DNA of 64,000 nt from Candidatus Xenobia bacterium (GTDB lineage Bacteria; Vulcanimicrobiota; Xenobia; Xenobiales; QWHO01), in NCBI GenBank assembly GCA_045863235.1, contig BTUM01000004.1, forward strand, positions 1-64,000. The letters run 5' to 3'. Below the pieces are notes generated by a model that was given only the letters and a program-made list of their open reading frames with translations, did not search any database and was not told the origin of the DNA. Below, one piece after another: positions 35,290 through 45,024 of this stretch. Made by a program: the position numbers and the translations under genes. Within the stretch, counting starts at the first letter, position 1; each line of letters begins with the position of its first letter.

Positions 35290-37533
35290 ATGCTTGCCAA
35301 GAGTTTTTACAGGCTCGCCCTGGCCTGTCTGATCGGGGCGGTCTGCTGGGCCGGCCTGACCGGACGGGCGGGCGCCCAGGAGCTCTATACCGCCGATGAG
35401 CTCGACCAGATCGTCGACTCCATCGCACTCTATCCCGACCCGCTTTTGTCCAACATCCTCAGCGCCGCGGCCTATCCGGATCAGCTTGCCCAGGCCCAGA
35501 AGCTGGTCGCGAGCGGCCAGGGACCGGACGCGGCCCCCGAAGGATGGGACCCGGCCGTCAAGGCCCTGATGGACTTTCCCGAGATCCTGGAAACGCTCAA
35601 CGAGGACAGCCAGTGGACCTCAGCCCTGGCCTTCGCAGCCAGTCACCAGATGAGCGAACTCATGGGGGCGGTCCAGGGGGTGCGTCAGCGAGCCCTTCAG
35701 GCAGGAGCGCTCCAAAGTGGTGACCAGATGCGGGTCCTCCAAGAGGACGGCCTGGTCACCATCCAGCCTACCGATCCGACCCGCGTCTACGTTCCCTCCT
35801 ATGACCCCGACGCCATCGGCGGGATGGACCTGGGCTACAATCTGGTCGACCCGGACTACAATGACTCGGCTTACACCTCTGGTTTCACGAGCGGATTTGC
35901 CACCGGCGCCGTGACCTTCGGGCTGGCAGTGGTGGTTTCGGACTGGTTCTTCAACCGCAACTGCGACTGGTGGAGCGGCTCCATCTGCACCGGCTACTGG
36001 CCCGCCTACCGGCCGACATACGGCTACTGGAATCCCGGCTGCCAGGGCAACTTCCGCCCCTGGCGGCCGGCCGTCAACTACACCTATCGCCCGGCGGCCT
36101 GTCGACCGGTTCGGGTGGTGCGCAACAATACGGTCGTTCGCAACACGAACATCGTGCGCAACAACAACGTGGTTCGCAACAACAACATCGTGCGCAACAA
36201 CAACGTGGTTCGTAACAACAACGTGGTACGCAACAACAACGTGGTTCGTAACAACGTGGTGAACTATGACCGCCGCCCCCACAAGGGCGGACGTCCCGAC
36301 ATCAACAGGCCCCGCAAGCCCGGAAATCGTCCCCACGCCAACTGCGGCAAATGCGGCCGGCAGCACTCCGGCGATTGTGACCGGATCGGCTATGACCGCC
36401 CCGGTCGCCCTGACCGCGATGACAAGCCCGGCTACGACCGGCCCGGTCGCCCCGACCGCGATGACAAGCCCGGCTACGACCGCCCCGGTCGCCCCGACCG
36501 CGACAAGCCCGGCTACGACCGCCCCGGTCGCCCCGACCGCGACGACAGGCCCGGTTACGACCGCCCCGGTCGCCCCGACCGCGACAAGCCAGGAAGCATT
36601 GGCCACGACCGCCCGGGCCGTCCCGACCGCGATGACAAGCCCGGCTACGACCGCCCCGGTCGCCCCGACCGCGACAAGCCCGGCTACGACCGCCCCGGTC
36701 GCCCCGACCGCGACGACAAGCCCGGCTATGACCGCCCCGGTCGCCCCGACCGCGACGACAAGCCCGGCAGCATTGGCCAGGACCGTCCCGGACGTCCCGA
36801 CCGTGAAAAGCCTGGACATGACCGCCCGGGTCGCAACGGCGATGGACTTGCCAATCGACGTCCAGAGGACTGGCGCCGACAGGGCCAGCGTCCCGACTGG
36901 AGCAACCGACCTGATCGGGGCGAGAACCCGGGTGCCCTCGTCAGCATGAACCGTCCCGAGCGGAACAACCAGATCTTCCGCTCTGACCGAAACAAGAACG
37001 ATTTCAACCGCGTGAATCGTCCCCAACGCGGCATGCCGGGCGAGCGCCCTCAGCGCGACTTCAACCGACCCGAGCTGCAGAACTTCCGTCCCAATCGGAT
37101 CGACCGTCCCCAGCGCGACTTCAACCGACCCGAGCGACAGAACCTGCGTCCCAATCGGATCGACCGTCCCCAGCGCGACTTCAACCGACCCGAGCGACAG
37201 AATCTGCGTCCCAATCGGATCGACCGTCCCCAGCGCGACTTCAACCGACCCGAGCGGCAGGACCTCCGTCCCAATCGGATCGACCGTCCCCAGCGCGACT
37301 TCAACCGACCCGAGCGGCAGAACTTCCGTCCCAATCGGATCGACCGTCCCCAGCGCAACATCAACCGTCCCGACCGGCCGCAGCGCCAGGTCGAGCGGCC
37401 TCAGCGCAATTTCAACCGCCCCGTGCGGCAGGTCCAGTCCCGTCCCCAGCGCTCCCCGCAGGTTCGCCAGCCAAGGCCCCAGCGCCAGCCCAGACCTGCA
37501 CGTCAGCCAAATCAGCAACGCAGAAGACGCTAG
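35290..37533 (+). CDS. DUF3300-domain exported protein with long repetitive Arg/Asp/Pro tail
   Basis: GGGAGGT RBS; signal peptide; ELDQIVDSIALYPDPLL...WDPAVKAL...YVPSYDP. Confidence 0.85.
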   Translation: MLAKSFYRLALACLIGAVCWAGLTGRAGAQELYTADELDQIVDSIALYPDPLLSNILSAAAYPDQLAQAQKLVASGQGPDAAPEGWDPAVKALMDFPEILETLNEDSQWTSALAFAASHQMSELMGAVQGVRQRALQAGALQSGDQMRVLQEDGLVTIQPTDPTRVYVPSYDPDAIGGMDLGYNLVDPDYNDSAYTSGFTSGFATGAVTFGLAVVVSDWFFNRNCDWWSGSICTGYWPAYRPTYGYWNPGCQGNFRPWRPAVNYTYRPAACRPVRVVRNNTVVRNTNIVRNNNVVRNNNIVRNNNVVRNNNVVRNNNVVRNNVVNYDRRPHKGGRPDINRPRKPGNRPHANCGKCGRQHSGDCDRIGYDRPGRPDRDDKPGYDRPGRPDRDDKPGYDRPGRPDRDKPGYDRPGRPDRDDRPGYDRPGRPDRDKPGSIGHDRPGRPDRDDKPGYDRPGRPDRDKPGYDRPGRPDRDDKPGYDRPGRPDRDDKPGSIGQDRPGRPDREKPGHDRPGRNGDGLANRRPEDWRRQGQRPDWSNRPDRGENPGALVSMNRPERNNQIFRSDRNKNDFNRVNRPQRGMPGERPQRDFNRPELQNFRPNRIDRPQRDFNRPERQNLRPNRIDRPQRDFNRPERQNLRPNRIDRPQRDFNRPERQDLRPNRIDRPQRDFNRPERQNFRPNRIDRPQRNINRPDRPQRQVERPQRNFNRPVRQVQSRPQRSPQVRQPRPQRQPRPARQPNQQRRRR
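36115..37400 (+). repeat. Three coding tandem-repeat arrays (18 bp, 39/42 bp, 60 bp)
   Basis: VVRNNN units, GYDRPGRPDR(D)DKP units and PQRDFNRPERQNLRPNRIDR units. Confidence 0.9.
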
Positions 37534-37571
37534 GAATTCCGGCCGCACGGCCGGATGCGGAAAACAGGCCT

Positions 37572-37605
37572 GGGAGCCCGGCCACCAGCCGGGCTCCCTC
37601 TTTTC
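37572..37605 (+). terminator. Intrinsic terminator
   Basis: GGGAGCCCGGC-N5-GCCGGGCTCCC-TCTTTT. Confidence 0.8.
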
Positions 37606-37693
37606 ATGACCCGAGCGAATGACACAGATCATCTCGGTCCGAGGGAACATGCCCTAACCTGAGAGTACATCTTACCTGAATAGGGAGGCTCGC

Positions 37694-38254
37694 ATGCCGA
37701 TTCCCCTGGAAATCACCTTCCACGGTGTGGAAAAAGTGCCCGCTCTGGAAGAGCTCATTCGCGAGAAAGCCGAGCGCCTCGAGCACATCAACAAGCGACT
37801 GATGCGCTGTCGGGTCGCCATCGAGAAACCCCACCGCCACAAGCGCCACGGCAGCGGCTGGCGGGTCCGGATCGATCTCACCCTGCCCCCCCGGCAGGAA
37901 CTGGTGATCAAAGAAGAGCCCGGCCTGGGAGCCCCTCCCCAGGAGGACCTCTACCAGGTGGTCACGGAGGCCTTCCACACGGCCGAGCGCAAGCTACGCA
38001 AGATGACCGACAAGATTCGCGGCGAGACCAAACGCCATCCCGCAGCCGAGCCCAACGGAGTGATCAAGCGGGTCTTCGTCGACCACGGCTTTCTGCAAGG
38101 CGAGGGTGGTTATGACGTCTACTTCCACCGAAACAGCCTGCTGGGGATCCCCTTCGAGGAACTGACCGTCGGCACCGCGGTGCACTTCACCGAAGAGGAG
38201 GGCGAGGACGGCCCCCAGGCCTCCACCGTCCACGTGCTGGCACGAGCACGCTGA
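37694..38254 (+). CDS. HPF/RaiA ribosome-associated domain fused to a cold-shock domain
   Basis: PLEITFH...ALEELIREKAERL, then HGFL...DVYFHRNSL...GPQA. Confidence 0.88.
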   Translation: MPIPLEITFHGVEKVPALEELIREKAERLEHINKRLMRCRVAIEKPHRHKRHGSGWRVRIDLTLPPRQELVIKEEPGLGAPPQEDLYQVVTEAFHTAERKLRKMTDKIRGETKRHPAAEPNGVIKRVFVDHGFLQGEGGYDVYFHRNSLLGIPFEELTVGTAVHFTEEEGEDGPQASTVHVLARAR

Positions 38255-38303
38255 GCCCAGGTTGAACTTCGCCGCATCGCCGTGTCACCTCATGCGGCGA
38301 AGT

Positions 38304-38633
38304 TCAAGGCAGCCGTTCCAGTCGCACCCGCACGGAAGCTGCGTCAGGCACCTCGGAGCCGTAATGGCGGCCCAGGTATTCCACCAGGCGCGTCTTCTCG
38401 TGCTGGCTCAACACCGCTCCCCAGCTCTGCATCTTGGTCAAAACCTTATCCCATTGAGCTTGCGAGAGTCGCTGGGCCTGGATCAGCTCAGGGCCGTGGC
38501 AGGCCACGCACCGCGTCACCACTTCCTGTCCCGGGCCCGGGGGCCAGGCGACTGTGGGAGCATTGACCCGAAAGCGCGTCTGGGCCAGCACCGGCAAGAA
38601 CAGGAAGGTAAGCACAATGAGAGAGCGCTTCAT
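38304..38633 (-). CDS. Monoheme cytochrome c, SorB-like
   Basis: Signal peptide, PPGPG...CVACH, W..V..KM..WGA. Confidence 0.85.
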   Translation of the reverse strand: MKRSLIVLTFLFLPVLAQTRFRVNAPTVAWPPGPGQEVVTRCVACHGPELIQAQRLSQAQWDKVLTKMQSWGAVLSQHEKTRLVEYLGRHYGSEVPDAASVRVRLERLP

Positions 38634-39760
38634 CCCACCTCCAAAGTGAGGCTGTCAGCGGTGTTCCACTGGTAGCCTGAGGGGTTCCAGGGGGAGGGAT
38701 CGAGCGGTTGAACCGCTCCCCGGTCGTCGGTGGCCCGCGAGCGCAGAGTGTAGCGCCCCGGCCCGGGGGGCCGCCAGCGGTAGCGAAAGATCCGCCAGCC
38801 ATAGGGAGCCGGCTCGCCCTCCAACTCGGCCATATGCCAGTCGCTCTCTGCCATACCCACATCGACCCGGGTCACCACCGCTTCTCCCCCGCTCCAGGCC
38901 ACCCCCTGGATCTCGACCGTACTCCCTGCCGGGACCCGCGTCCCCTGGGACGGGGTGGCGAACAGTGACTTCACGACCATCTCGGTCATAACGGCCATTT
39001 TCTCAGGGGGGACTTTGGATCCGGGTTCGACCGGCTCGGTGGGATAGCGATAGGCGGTTCGGTAGTAAAACTCGTCAGGTTCCTCGGCAGTCAGGGTGAT
39101 CTTTGAGAGCCACTTGACCCAGTCGTCGCCCACCCAGCCCGGCACCACCAGTCGGGCCGGGTAGCCGTGCAGTTGGGGAAGAGTCTCGCCGTTCATCTGG
39201 TAGGCCACCAGGGTATCCGGGTGAAGGGCCCTCTCCAGCGGGATGGCGCGCACGAAGGGGGGAGCCTTGACCAGCGGCTGATCCAGCCCGCGCAAGACCA
39301 CCCAGCGAGCCTCCGGTCTGGGGCCGGCGCGCTCGAGCAGTTCGACCAGACGGGCGCCGGTCCATTCGGCGTTGCCAACCGCACCCTTCTCCCAGGGAAC
39401 TCCGGCCACTCGGGGGCGAAAGAAGGCCCGCCCGTTGCCCGAGCACTGCAGCACGGCGGTGACGGCGGCTCGAGGAGCGGCCTCCAGCTGGGCCAGTTTC
39501 AGCTCGAATGGTCTCTCCACCAGCCCATCCAGACTGAGGGTCCAGTCGGCAGCTGTCACGGCCGGCTCTGGGTGGTGCGAGCGCAGAAAGAACAACTCGT
39601 TGGGCGTCAGGCGTGTCTGAAATGCCTCCACAGGGGTCTCCAGGTCGAAAGGACGGCTGCTGCGCAAGAGGAGCTCGCGTGGCACGGGAGCGGTGCCGGG
39701 CGAACGCGAGCATCCGGTAAGGGCCAGGGCCGATAGCTTGAGGAACTCGCGACGGTTCAC
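38630..39760 (-). CDS. Molybdopterin sulfite oxidase/dehydrogenase (SorA/SorT-like), Tat-exported
   Basis: NRREFLK Tat motif, FFLRSH, QCSGNGR, HGYPARLVVPGW, WNPSGY. Confidence 0.92.
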   Translation of the reverse strand: MNRREFLKLSALALTGCSRSPGTAPVPRELLLRSSRPFDLETPVEAFQTRLTPNELFFLRSHHPEPAVTAADWTLSLDGLVERPFELKLAQLEAAPRAAVTAVLQCSGNGRAFFRPRVAGVPWEKGAVGNAEWTGARLVELLERAGPRPEARWVVLRGLDQPLVKAPPFVRAIPLERALHPDTLVAYQMNGETLPQLHGYPARLVVPGWVGDDWVKWLSKITLTAEEPDEFYYRTAYRYPTEPVEPGSKVPPEKMAVMTEMVVKSLFATPSQGTRVPAGSTVEIQGVAWSGGEAVVTRVDVGMAESDWHMAELEGEPAPYGWRIFRYRWRPPGPGRYTLRSRATDDRGAVQPLDPSPWNPSGYQWNTADSLTLEVG

Positions 39761-39823
39761 CCCTCGCCCTTCGACCAACCCGGGGAAGGAACCCGCCGAA
39801 CCGGCTGGGAAGGGCCGGCCCTG

Positions 39824-40891
39824 ATGAAAGCGCTGCCCGGACTGGCTACCTCGATCTTGCTGATGCTCATCGCCTTACCTGTGGCCGATGGGCTGGGCCG
39901 CCTGGTGCTGAGACTGACGGGGGTAGAGGGAGGCAGCAGCCCCATCTCGGGAGTGCTGGTGGCCATCTTGCTGGGCCTGCTGGCCCGCAACCTGCTGCCC
40001 TTGCCGGAGCGCCTGGATGCGGGCATCAAGCTGGCCACCACCACGGTGCTGCGCCTCGGGATCGTGCTCGTGGGCATCAAGCTGAGCTTCTTCGACCTTC
40101 TGGTACTGGGAGCGGTGGGCATTCCGGTGGTGGTGACCGCCATCGTCACCGCCTTGATTTCGGTTCACTGGCTGGCGGCTCGCCTCGGACTGAGCCAGCG
40201 TCTGGGCACCCTGATCGCGGCCGGCACCAGCATCTGCGGGATTACCGCTATCGTTTCCACGGCCCCGGCCATCGAGGCCAACGAGCAAGAGGTGGCCTAC
40301 GCCGTGGCCAATGTGGCCCTGTTCGGGCTGTTGGGAATGCTCACTTATCCCTATCTGGCCCACGCCGTCTTCTCCACCCCCGAGCAGGTCGGGCTCTTTC
40401 TGGGCACGGCCGTGCACGATACCTCCCAGGTCATCGGCAGCGCGCTGACCTACAAGGAAGTCTACGGGGCCGATCAGGCCCTCAAGGTGGCCACCGTCAC
40501 CAAGTTGACTCGCAACCTGTTCCTGGCCCTGGTGGTACCTTTCCTGGCCTGGATGCACGCTCGTCGCCAGCAACGTCCGGGTCAGAGAATCGACTTCAAA
40601 AAGCTCCTGCCCACCTTCGTGCTGGGCTTTGTGGCCATGGCGCTGCTGCGAACCGTCGGCGACGCGATGTGGGGGGATGCCGCCACCTGGAAGGTCGTCA
40701 CCCACCAGATCGGGGATGTGTGGGGGTCGAAGTACTGCCTGGGCACCGCCCTGGCGGGCGTGGGGCTCTCGACCCGTTTTGCCGTGTTCCGAGGGGTGGG
40801 GCTCAAGCCGTTTCTGGTGGGATTCTTCGCCGCGGCTCTGGTGGGATTGACGTCCATGACGCTCACTTTGTTCTTAGGAAGAGCACTCTAA
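39824..40891 (+). CDS. YeiH-family putative sulfate exporter
   Basis: GTSICG, GTAVHDTSQV, ATVTKLTR; multi-TM. Confidence 0.9.
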   Translation: MKALPGLATSILLMLIALPVADGLGRLVLRLTGVEGGSSPISGVLVAILLGLLARNLLPLPERLDAGIKLATTTVLRLGIVLVGIKLSFFDLLVLGAVGIPVVVTAIVTALISVHWLAARLGLSQRLGTLIAAGTSICGITAIVSTAPAIEANEQEVAYAVANVALFGLLGMLTYPYLAHAVFSTPEQVGLFLGTAVHDTSQVIGSALTYKEVYGADQALKVATVTKLTRNLFLALVVPFLAWMHARRQQRPGQRIDFKKLLPTFVLGFVAMALLRTVGDAMWGDAATWKVVTHQIGDVWGSKYCLGTALAGVGLSTRFAVFRGVGLKPFLVGFFAAALVGLTSMTLTLFLGRAL

Positions 40892-40920
40892 AGCGCAAGG
40901 CCTCTGGTCGTGCACTTTAC

Positions 40921-40949
40921 AACGCGCCGGAACTGCGTTCCGGCGCGTT
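40921..40949. terminator. Perfect 13-bp hairpin, probable terminator
   Basis: AACGCGCCGGAAC-TGC-GTTCCGGCGCGTT; U tail is weak. Confidence 0.55.
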
Positions 40950-41130
40950 CGTCAGATTGTGCCCATGTGCAAGACCAGAGTGCGAGCACATGAGTCCGAC
41001 CTCTACAGTCTTCTCGGGCGTCTCCCATCCAAAAACGGTGCCAACAGGATCCGACTGCAACGAATCCTGTGGGTGCAGATTGGCTTGATTTGTTAAAATT
41101 CTGTGACATACTGGGGGAGTGGAGGTTGGC

Positions 41131-43341
41131 ATGCGCCTGATAAGTTCGTCTCGAAGAGCCTTCTACTTCCCGTCGCTGCTGATGCTGTCGGTGCTGTTGG
41201 CGATGTTGACCACGGCAGCCATCTCGCTGGTGACGTCGGATCAACGGGCGTCCAGCAAGCTGACCGGTAATGACGCGGCCCTGAAAGCGGCCGACGCGGG
41301 CCTGCGCTACGCCCAGGCCCGCCTGGGGGAGGACCCGAGCTGGCGAGGAGATGGCAACACCCTGGTGGTCAACACGCCCGACCTGGCCGTGCGCGAGAAC
41401 TACGGCAACGTGATCGGGGCCATCCGAGCAACGGGCGGGGAATGGGCCCAGTTCCGCATTCGCTTCAACTACCAGGATGATGCGGTGGGCAACCAGGACG
41501 GCCTGCCCGACCCCGTGATGTGGGTCGACAATCCCTTCGTTTCAATCAACAACGTGCTGGGCGGGGCCGCGGCTCCCGTGCCCCGGGCCGATGGTGCCAA
41601 CTTCGCGGTGACCCCGGCCAGCCAGACCCCCTATGAGGTGCCGCTGGGAACCGTCTGCGTGCTGGTGGAGGGAAGGGCCGGACCGGCTCTGCGCCAGTTG
41701 GACTCGACCAATCTCGATCCACCCCTGGCCGCCGGTCACGGGGTGACCCGCCGGGTGGTGGAGGCGTATCTGCGCGTCAACAGCGTCCCCAATACCGACG
41801 CCGCGGCCATGGCTGCCGGCAACATCCAGGTCGACCTGAACACCAAGGAGATGACGGTCGAGGACGACTCGGCGGGCGTTCCGCGGCTGCGCAGCAAGTC
41901 GGAGATCTCGGTCAACGGCGGAGCCGCCACCAACCTCAAGGCCGACAATGGCGAAACCCAGTCGGGCAGCGGCAACCTGACTGCCAACTACGACGCGAAC
42001 AAGGTCACCCCCAAAACGGAGGATCCGAACGCGGGTTTCTATCAGCTCACCTGGAACGACGTGAAGAAGGCCACCGCCTCCGACCCCACCATCGCGGCCG
42101 GGACCTACGTGCTGTGGCAGGATGGCACGTTCCATTACTATGACATGAATTACGACGCTTACAAGGCCTACATCGAGGGGAACCCCGGTGACGTGGGGCA
42201 GGTATTGACGGCCACCGACCTGCCATCGAGCTTCCAGGTCGATACCAACGACCCCCTCAAGCCCAAGCTGACCATCACCGGCAATACTTTCGTGCAGCCC
42301 ACCGGAGCCTCCGACCAGTTCAACCTGATCCCGCGCGAGGGCGCCAAGGAGGATCCGGACTCGGCCGGCGGCGGCGGAGCCCTGACCTACGCCCAGCAGC
42401 AAGATGCCGTCATCCAGAACGTTTTACCCGGGCTGTCCTTCAACTATGTGAGCACACCCAGCCACAACGTCAGCTGGACCGTGCCCCTGGCCGGCCCGGT
42501 CCCGGGAGGCATTCAAGAGTACATCCATCCCTCTGGCACCGGGCAGGGCTGGGCAGGCTACCTGCGCTTGACCGACAACGGGGATGGAACCGGAACCCTC
42601 GTGCTGGATGATCGCGCCACCCTCGACCTCAACCCACGCCTGAACACCAACCCGGTGGGCGCGTTGCAGCGAGCCATGACCATCGCCAACGGAAATGGCG
42701 ACCAGGCCGTGCTCCAGGTCGCAGCCGCTATCGCCGGGACCACCGGTGGCGCCGCCGTCAGCCAGGGCATTGACCTGGGAGGAGCCATCACCGATACCCT
42801 CAAGCCCGACAACATCAAGATCGAGTTCAAGCCCCCCAGCGGCACCTCGGCCATCCTCTCGGCCAACGGCGATGTGCGGCTCGGCAGCAACGTCACCGGC
42901 GAGGGCGGCTCCATCACCTCCGGTGGAACCATCCGTCTCATCGGCGCCGGCACCGACCTCTCGGCCAGCCTGACGGACGGACTGAACCTCTACGCCAAGG
43001 GCGACATCGTGCTCTCCTCTCTCAAGCAGAAGTCGGACACCGAGTACGAGTTCAAGGACTTCAAAATGAAAGGGGTTATCTATACCTGGGGCAACTTCAC
43101 GGCCAAGGTCGGCCTGGAGAACAATGCCCAGGTCACCAAGTGGGGCAAGTTCTCCCTGGAAGGAGCCCTGGTGGCTTACGGCGGCGACCCCGCCGGCTCG
43201 CCGGGCAACCTGGGCGGGGGCAACATCTACATCAAGGCTGATGAGGCCAAACTGAAGTTTGATCCGGCCTACCTGGTGCAGATCAACCAGAATCCTCCCC
43301 CGGGGGCACTCTCCCAGTCCTTCTATGCGGTCTACCGTTAG
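41131..43341 (+). CDS. PilX-like large pilus assembly/adhesin protein
   Basis: Basic leader then hydrophobic helix, ALKAADAGLRYA motif, beta-rich C-terminus ending FDPAYL. Confidence 0.7.
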   Translation: MRLISSSRRAFYFPSLLMLSVLLAMLTTAAISLVTSDQRASSKLTGNDAALKAADAGLRYAQARLGEDPSWRGDGNTLVVNTPDLAVRENYGNVIGAIRATGGEWAQFRIRFNYQDDAVGNQDGLPDPVMWVDNPFVSINNVLGGAAAPVPRADGANFAVTPASQTPYEVPLGTVCVLVEGRAGPALRQLDSTNLDPPLAAGHGVTRRVVEAYLRVNSVPNTDAAAMAAGNIQVDLNTKEMTVEDDSAGVPRLRSKSEISVNGGAATNLKADNGETQSGSGNLTANYDANKVTPKTEDPNAGFYQLTWNDVKKATASDPTIAAGTYVLWQDGTFHYYDMNYDAYKAYIEGNPGDVGQVLTATDLPSSFQVDTNDPLKPKLTITGNTFVQPTGASDQFNLIPREGAKEDPDSAGGGGALTYAQQQDAVIQNVLPGLSFNYVSTPSHNVSWTVPLAGPVPGGIQEYIHPSGTGQGWAGYLRLTDNGDGTGTLVLDDRATLDLNPRLNTNPVGALQRAMTIANGNGDQAVLQVAAAIAGTTGGAAVSQGIDLGGAITDTLKPDNIKIEFKPPSGTSAILSANGDVRLGSNVTGEGGSITSGGTIRLIGAGTDLSASLTDGLNLYAKGDIVLSSLKQKSDTEYEFKDFKMKGVIYTWGNFTAKVGLENNAQVTKWGKFSLEGALVAYGGDPAGSPGNLGGGNIYIKADEAKLKFDPAYLVQINQNPPPGALSQSFYAVYR

Positions 43342-43822
43342 CAGCAAGCCCAGCGGACTCTCCCTGGCCGAGCTGATGGTCGCGGTTGGCTTCTTTGCGG
43401 TCGCCATCCTGGCCATCCTCGGCCTGACCGTGTCGGTGCTGCGCACCGATAGCAAGTCCAGCGAGAGCGCGGCGGGAGCTTTGATGGCCGACCGTCTGCT
43501 GCAGCGAACCATCGCCCGGGTCAAGGGGGACGCGGCAGCGCGCGCCAATTTCTGGGACAACGAGCACCTGACCCCCCCCTGGGAGCAGGGCGTGGCCAGG
43601 AGCACCAGCGGCAACGACTTCAACTACGTCATCTATGCCACCACCGTCGTCGGGGTGGGAGGCGCTCCGGTCGGGTCGGTGGCTCCCAACAACCGCCTCA
43701 AGAAGGTGGATGTGCTGGTCTGGTGGTTCAACGCCAACCCGACCGACCGGGCGGGCTACGGAAAGCTCAACACCCGCATCACCCAGCTGGTATCGGAGGC
43801 CGAGACCGTTGCGCCCCCGTAA
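43325..43822 (+). CDS. PilV-like minor pilin
   Basis: Prepilin motif G-LSLAELMVA; LKKVDVLVWW. Confidence 0.8.
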   Translation: MRSTVSSKPSGLSLAELMVAVGFFAVAILAILGLTVSVLRTDSKSSESAAGALMADRLLQRTIARVKGDAAARANFWDNEHLTPPWEQGVARSTSGNDFNYVIYATTVVGVGGAPVGSVAPNNRLKKVDVLVWWFNANPTDRAGYGKLNTRITQLVSEAETVAPP

Positions 43823-44621
43823 TCGCGGGGCCTCGCTGGTGGAGCTGGCGGTCGGAGTGGCCATCTTCATGCTGTTGAGCCTGCTGATGGTAGCCGCTCT
43901 CAAGACGGGCAATCAGGTCTGGACGCGCAGCATGGCCAGTTCCTCGGGCCAGACCGAGTTGCGCAAGGCCTATTCGAGCCTGAGCTCGGACCTTCGCCGC
44001 AGCCGCTTCGACAGGGTGGCCCGCCGCACGGTTCCCGCCAGCCTGGGCGGCGGGGGCTTCGACGGGGATGCCATCTGGTTTTTGACCTGCGAAGATCCAA
44101 ACACCGGGCTGATGATGAAGAAGGCGGACGGAAGCGCCTTCTGGCAGCGCAACATCCTCTACTACACCATCGTTCCCACCGGCCACAATGCTCTCTATGG
44201 CTTCACCTGCGGGGGCGGCGCCGACGCCGATGGCTACGACGACCGCTGCCCCCACAAAATGTTGATCCGGCAGGTCATCGATCTGCCCCCGGCCACCAAT
44301 CCGGCCGACGAGACGACGGAAGAGCCCCTGCTGACGGCCGCCCAGGTTGCCCCCTACCTGATTGCCCCGGTAGGGTTTGACGTCTCCGGGATCGTCGGAC
44401 CGGGCACCGAGCAGGTGGAGGTGCGAGCCCACAGCCTGCTCTGTTTCAAAACGGCACTGGCACCCGATGCAAACTTCCCGGGCGAGGTTCTGGTCGACCT
44501 GCGGGCTGCCCGCATCCAAGAAGCGCGGCGAGCCGTCCAGGTGGGCAGCGCCCCCCTCGACGGGTATGACATCAGCCTGGAGTTCTCTGTCTTCCCTGCC
44601 CCGGCTCCGCCGGCTCCCTGA
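43809..44621 (+). CDS. PilW/PulJ-like minor pilin
   Basis: Prepilin motif RG-ASLVELAV; TTG start overlaps the previous gene. Confidence 0.8.
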   Translation: MRPRNRGASLVELAVGVAIFMLLSLLMVAALKTGNQVWTRSMASSSGQTELRKAYSSLSSDLRRSRFDRVARRTVPASLGGGGFDGDAIWFLTCEDPNTGLMMKKADGSAFWQRNILYYTIVPTGHNALYGFTCGGGADADGYDDRCPHKMLIRQVIDLPPATNPADETTEEPLLTAAQVAPYLIAPVGFDVSGIVGPGTEQVEVRAHSLLCFKTALAPDANFPGEVLVDLRAARIQEARRAVQVGSAPLDGYDISLEFSVFPAPAPPAP

Positions 44622-44631
44622 GCGACGCAGG

Positions 44632-44922
44632 TCAGGACGACTTCGGCAGACACCCCTGGGCGCAGGTCACCTTCTTGGTGCCGAAGCGCGAGCAGCGGCT
44701 CACGCAGACATGCTCGGGGGCGTCGGAGGTGACCAGTAGCTCCCAGTAGTCGGGCCGCCTGACCACCTCGATCTGGACGTCCTCACCATTCTCCGGGCAG
44801 CGAACGCGCTGCTCCTCACGCACCCACGGCAGCTCATGTGCGGACAGATACCAGACAAGGCCGACCCCTGCCGCCACCGCCGTGATAGCCACCCCGAGGG
44901 GAACAAAATAGACAAGCGACAT
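44632..44922 (-). CDS. Small membrane-anchored Cys-rich protein
   Basis: TM helix then CPENG...CSRF...TCAQGC; start uncertain. Confidence 0.6.
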   Translation of the reverse strand: MSLVYFVPLGVAITAVAAGVGLVWYLSAHELPWVREEQRVRCPENGEDVQIEVVRRPDYWELLVTSDAPEHVCVSRCSRFGTKKVTCAQGCLPKSS

Positions 44923-45024
44923 CTCGCTCACCCCTTCCGCCATGGTGATCGTCATGGTAACCCCAGCCGGCGGGCGAGTCATTGATCCCTCTCAAACTTG
45001 GTCCGAAATCGCGAAGCTGACCGG

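Noticed and set aside
36115..37400. Regular repeats resembling a CRISPR array
   Set aside because: Units are contiguous multiples of three within a CDS, with no unique spacers and no cas genes.
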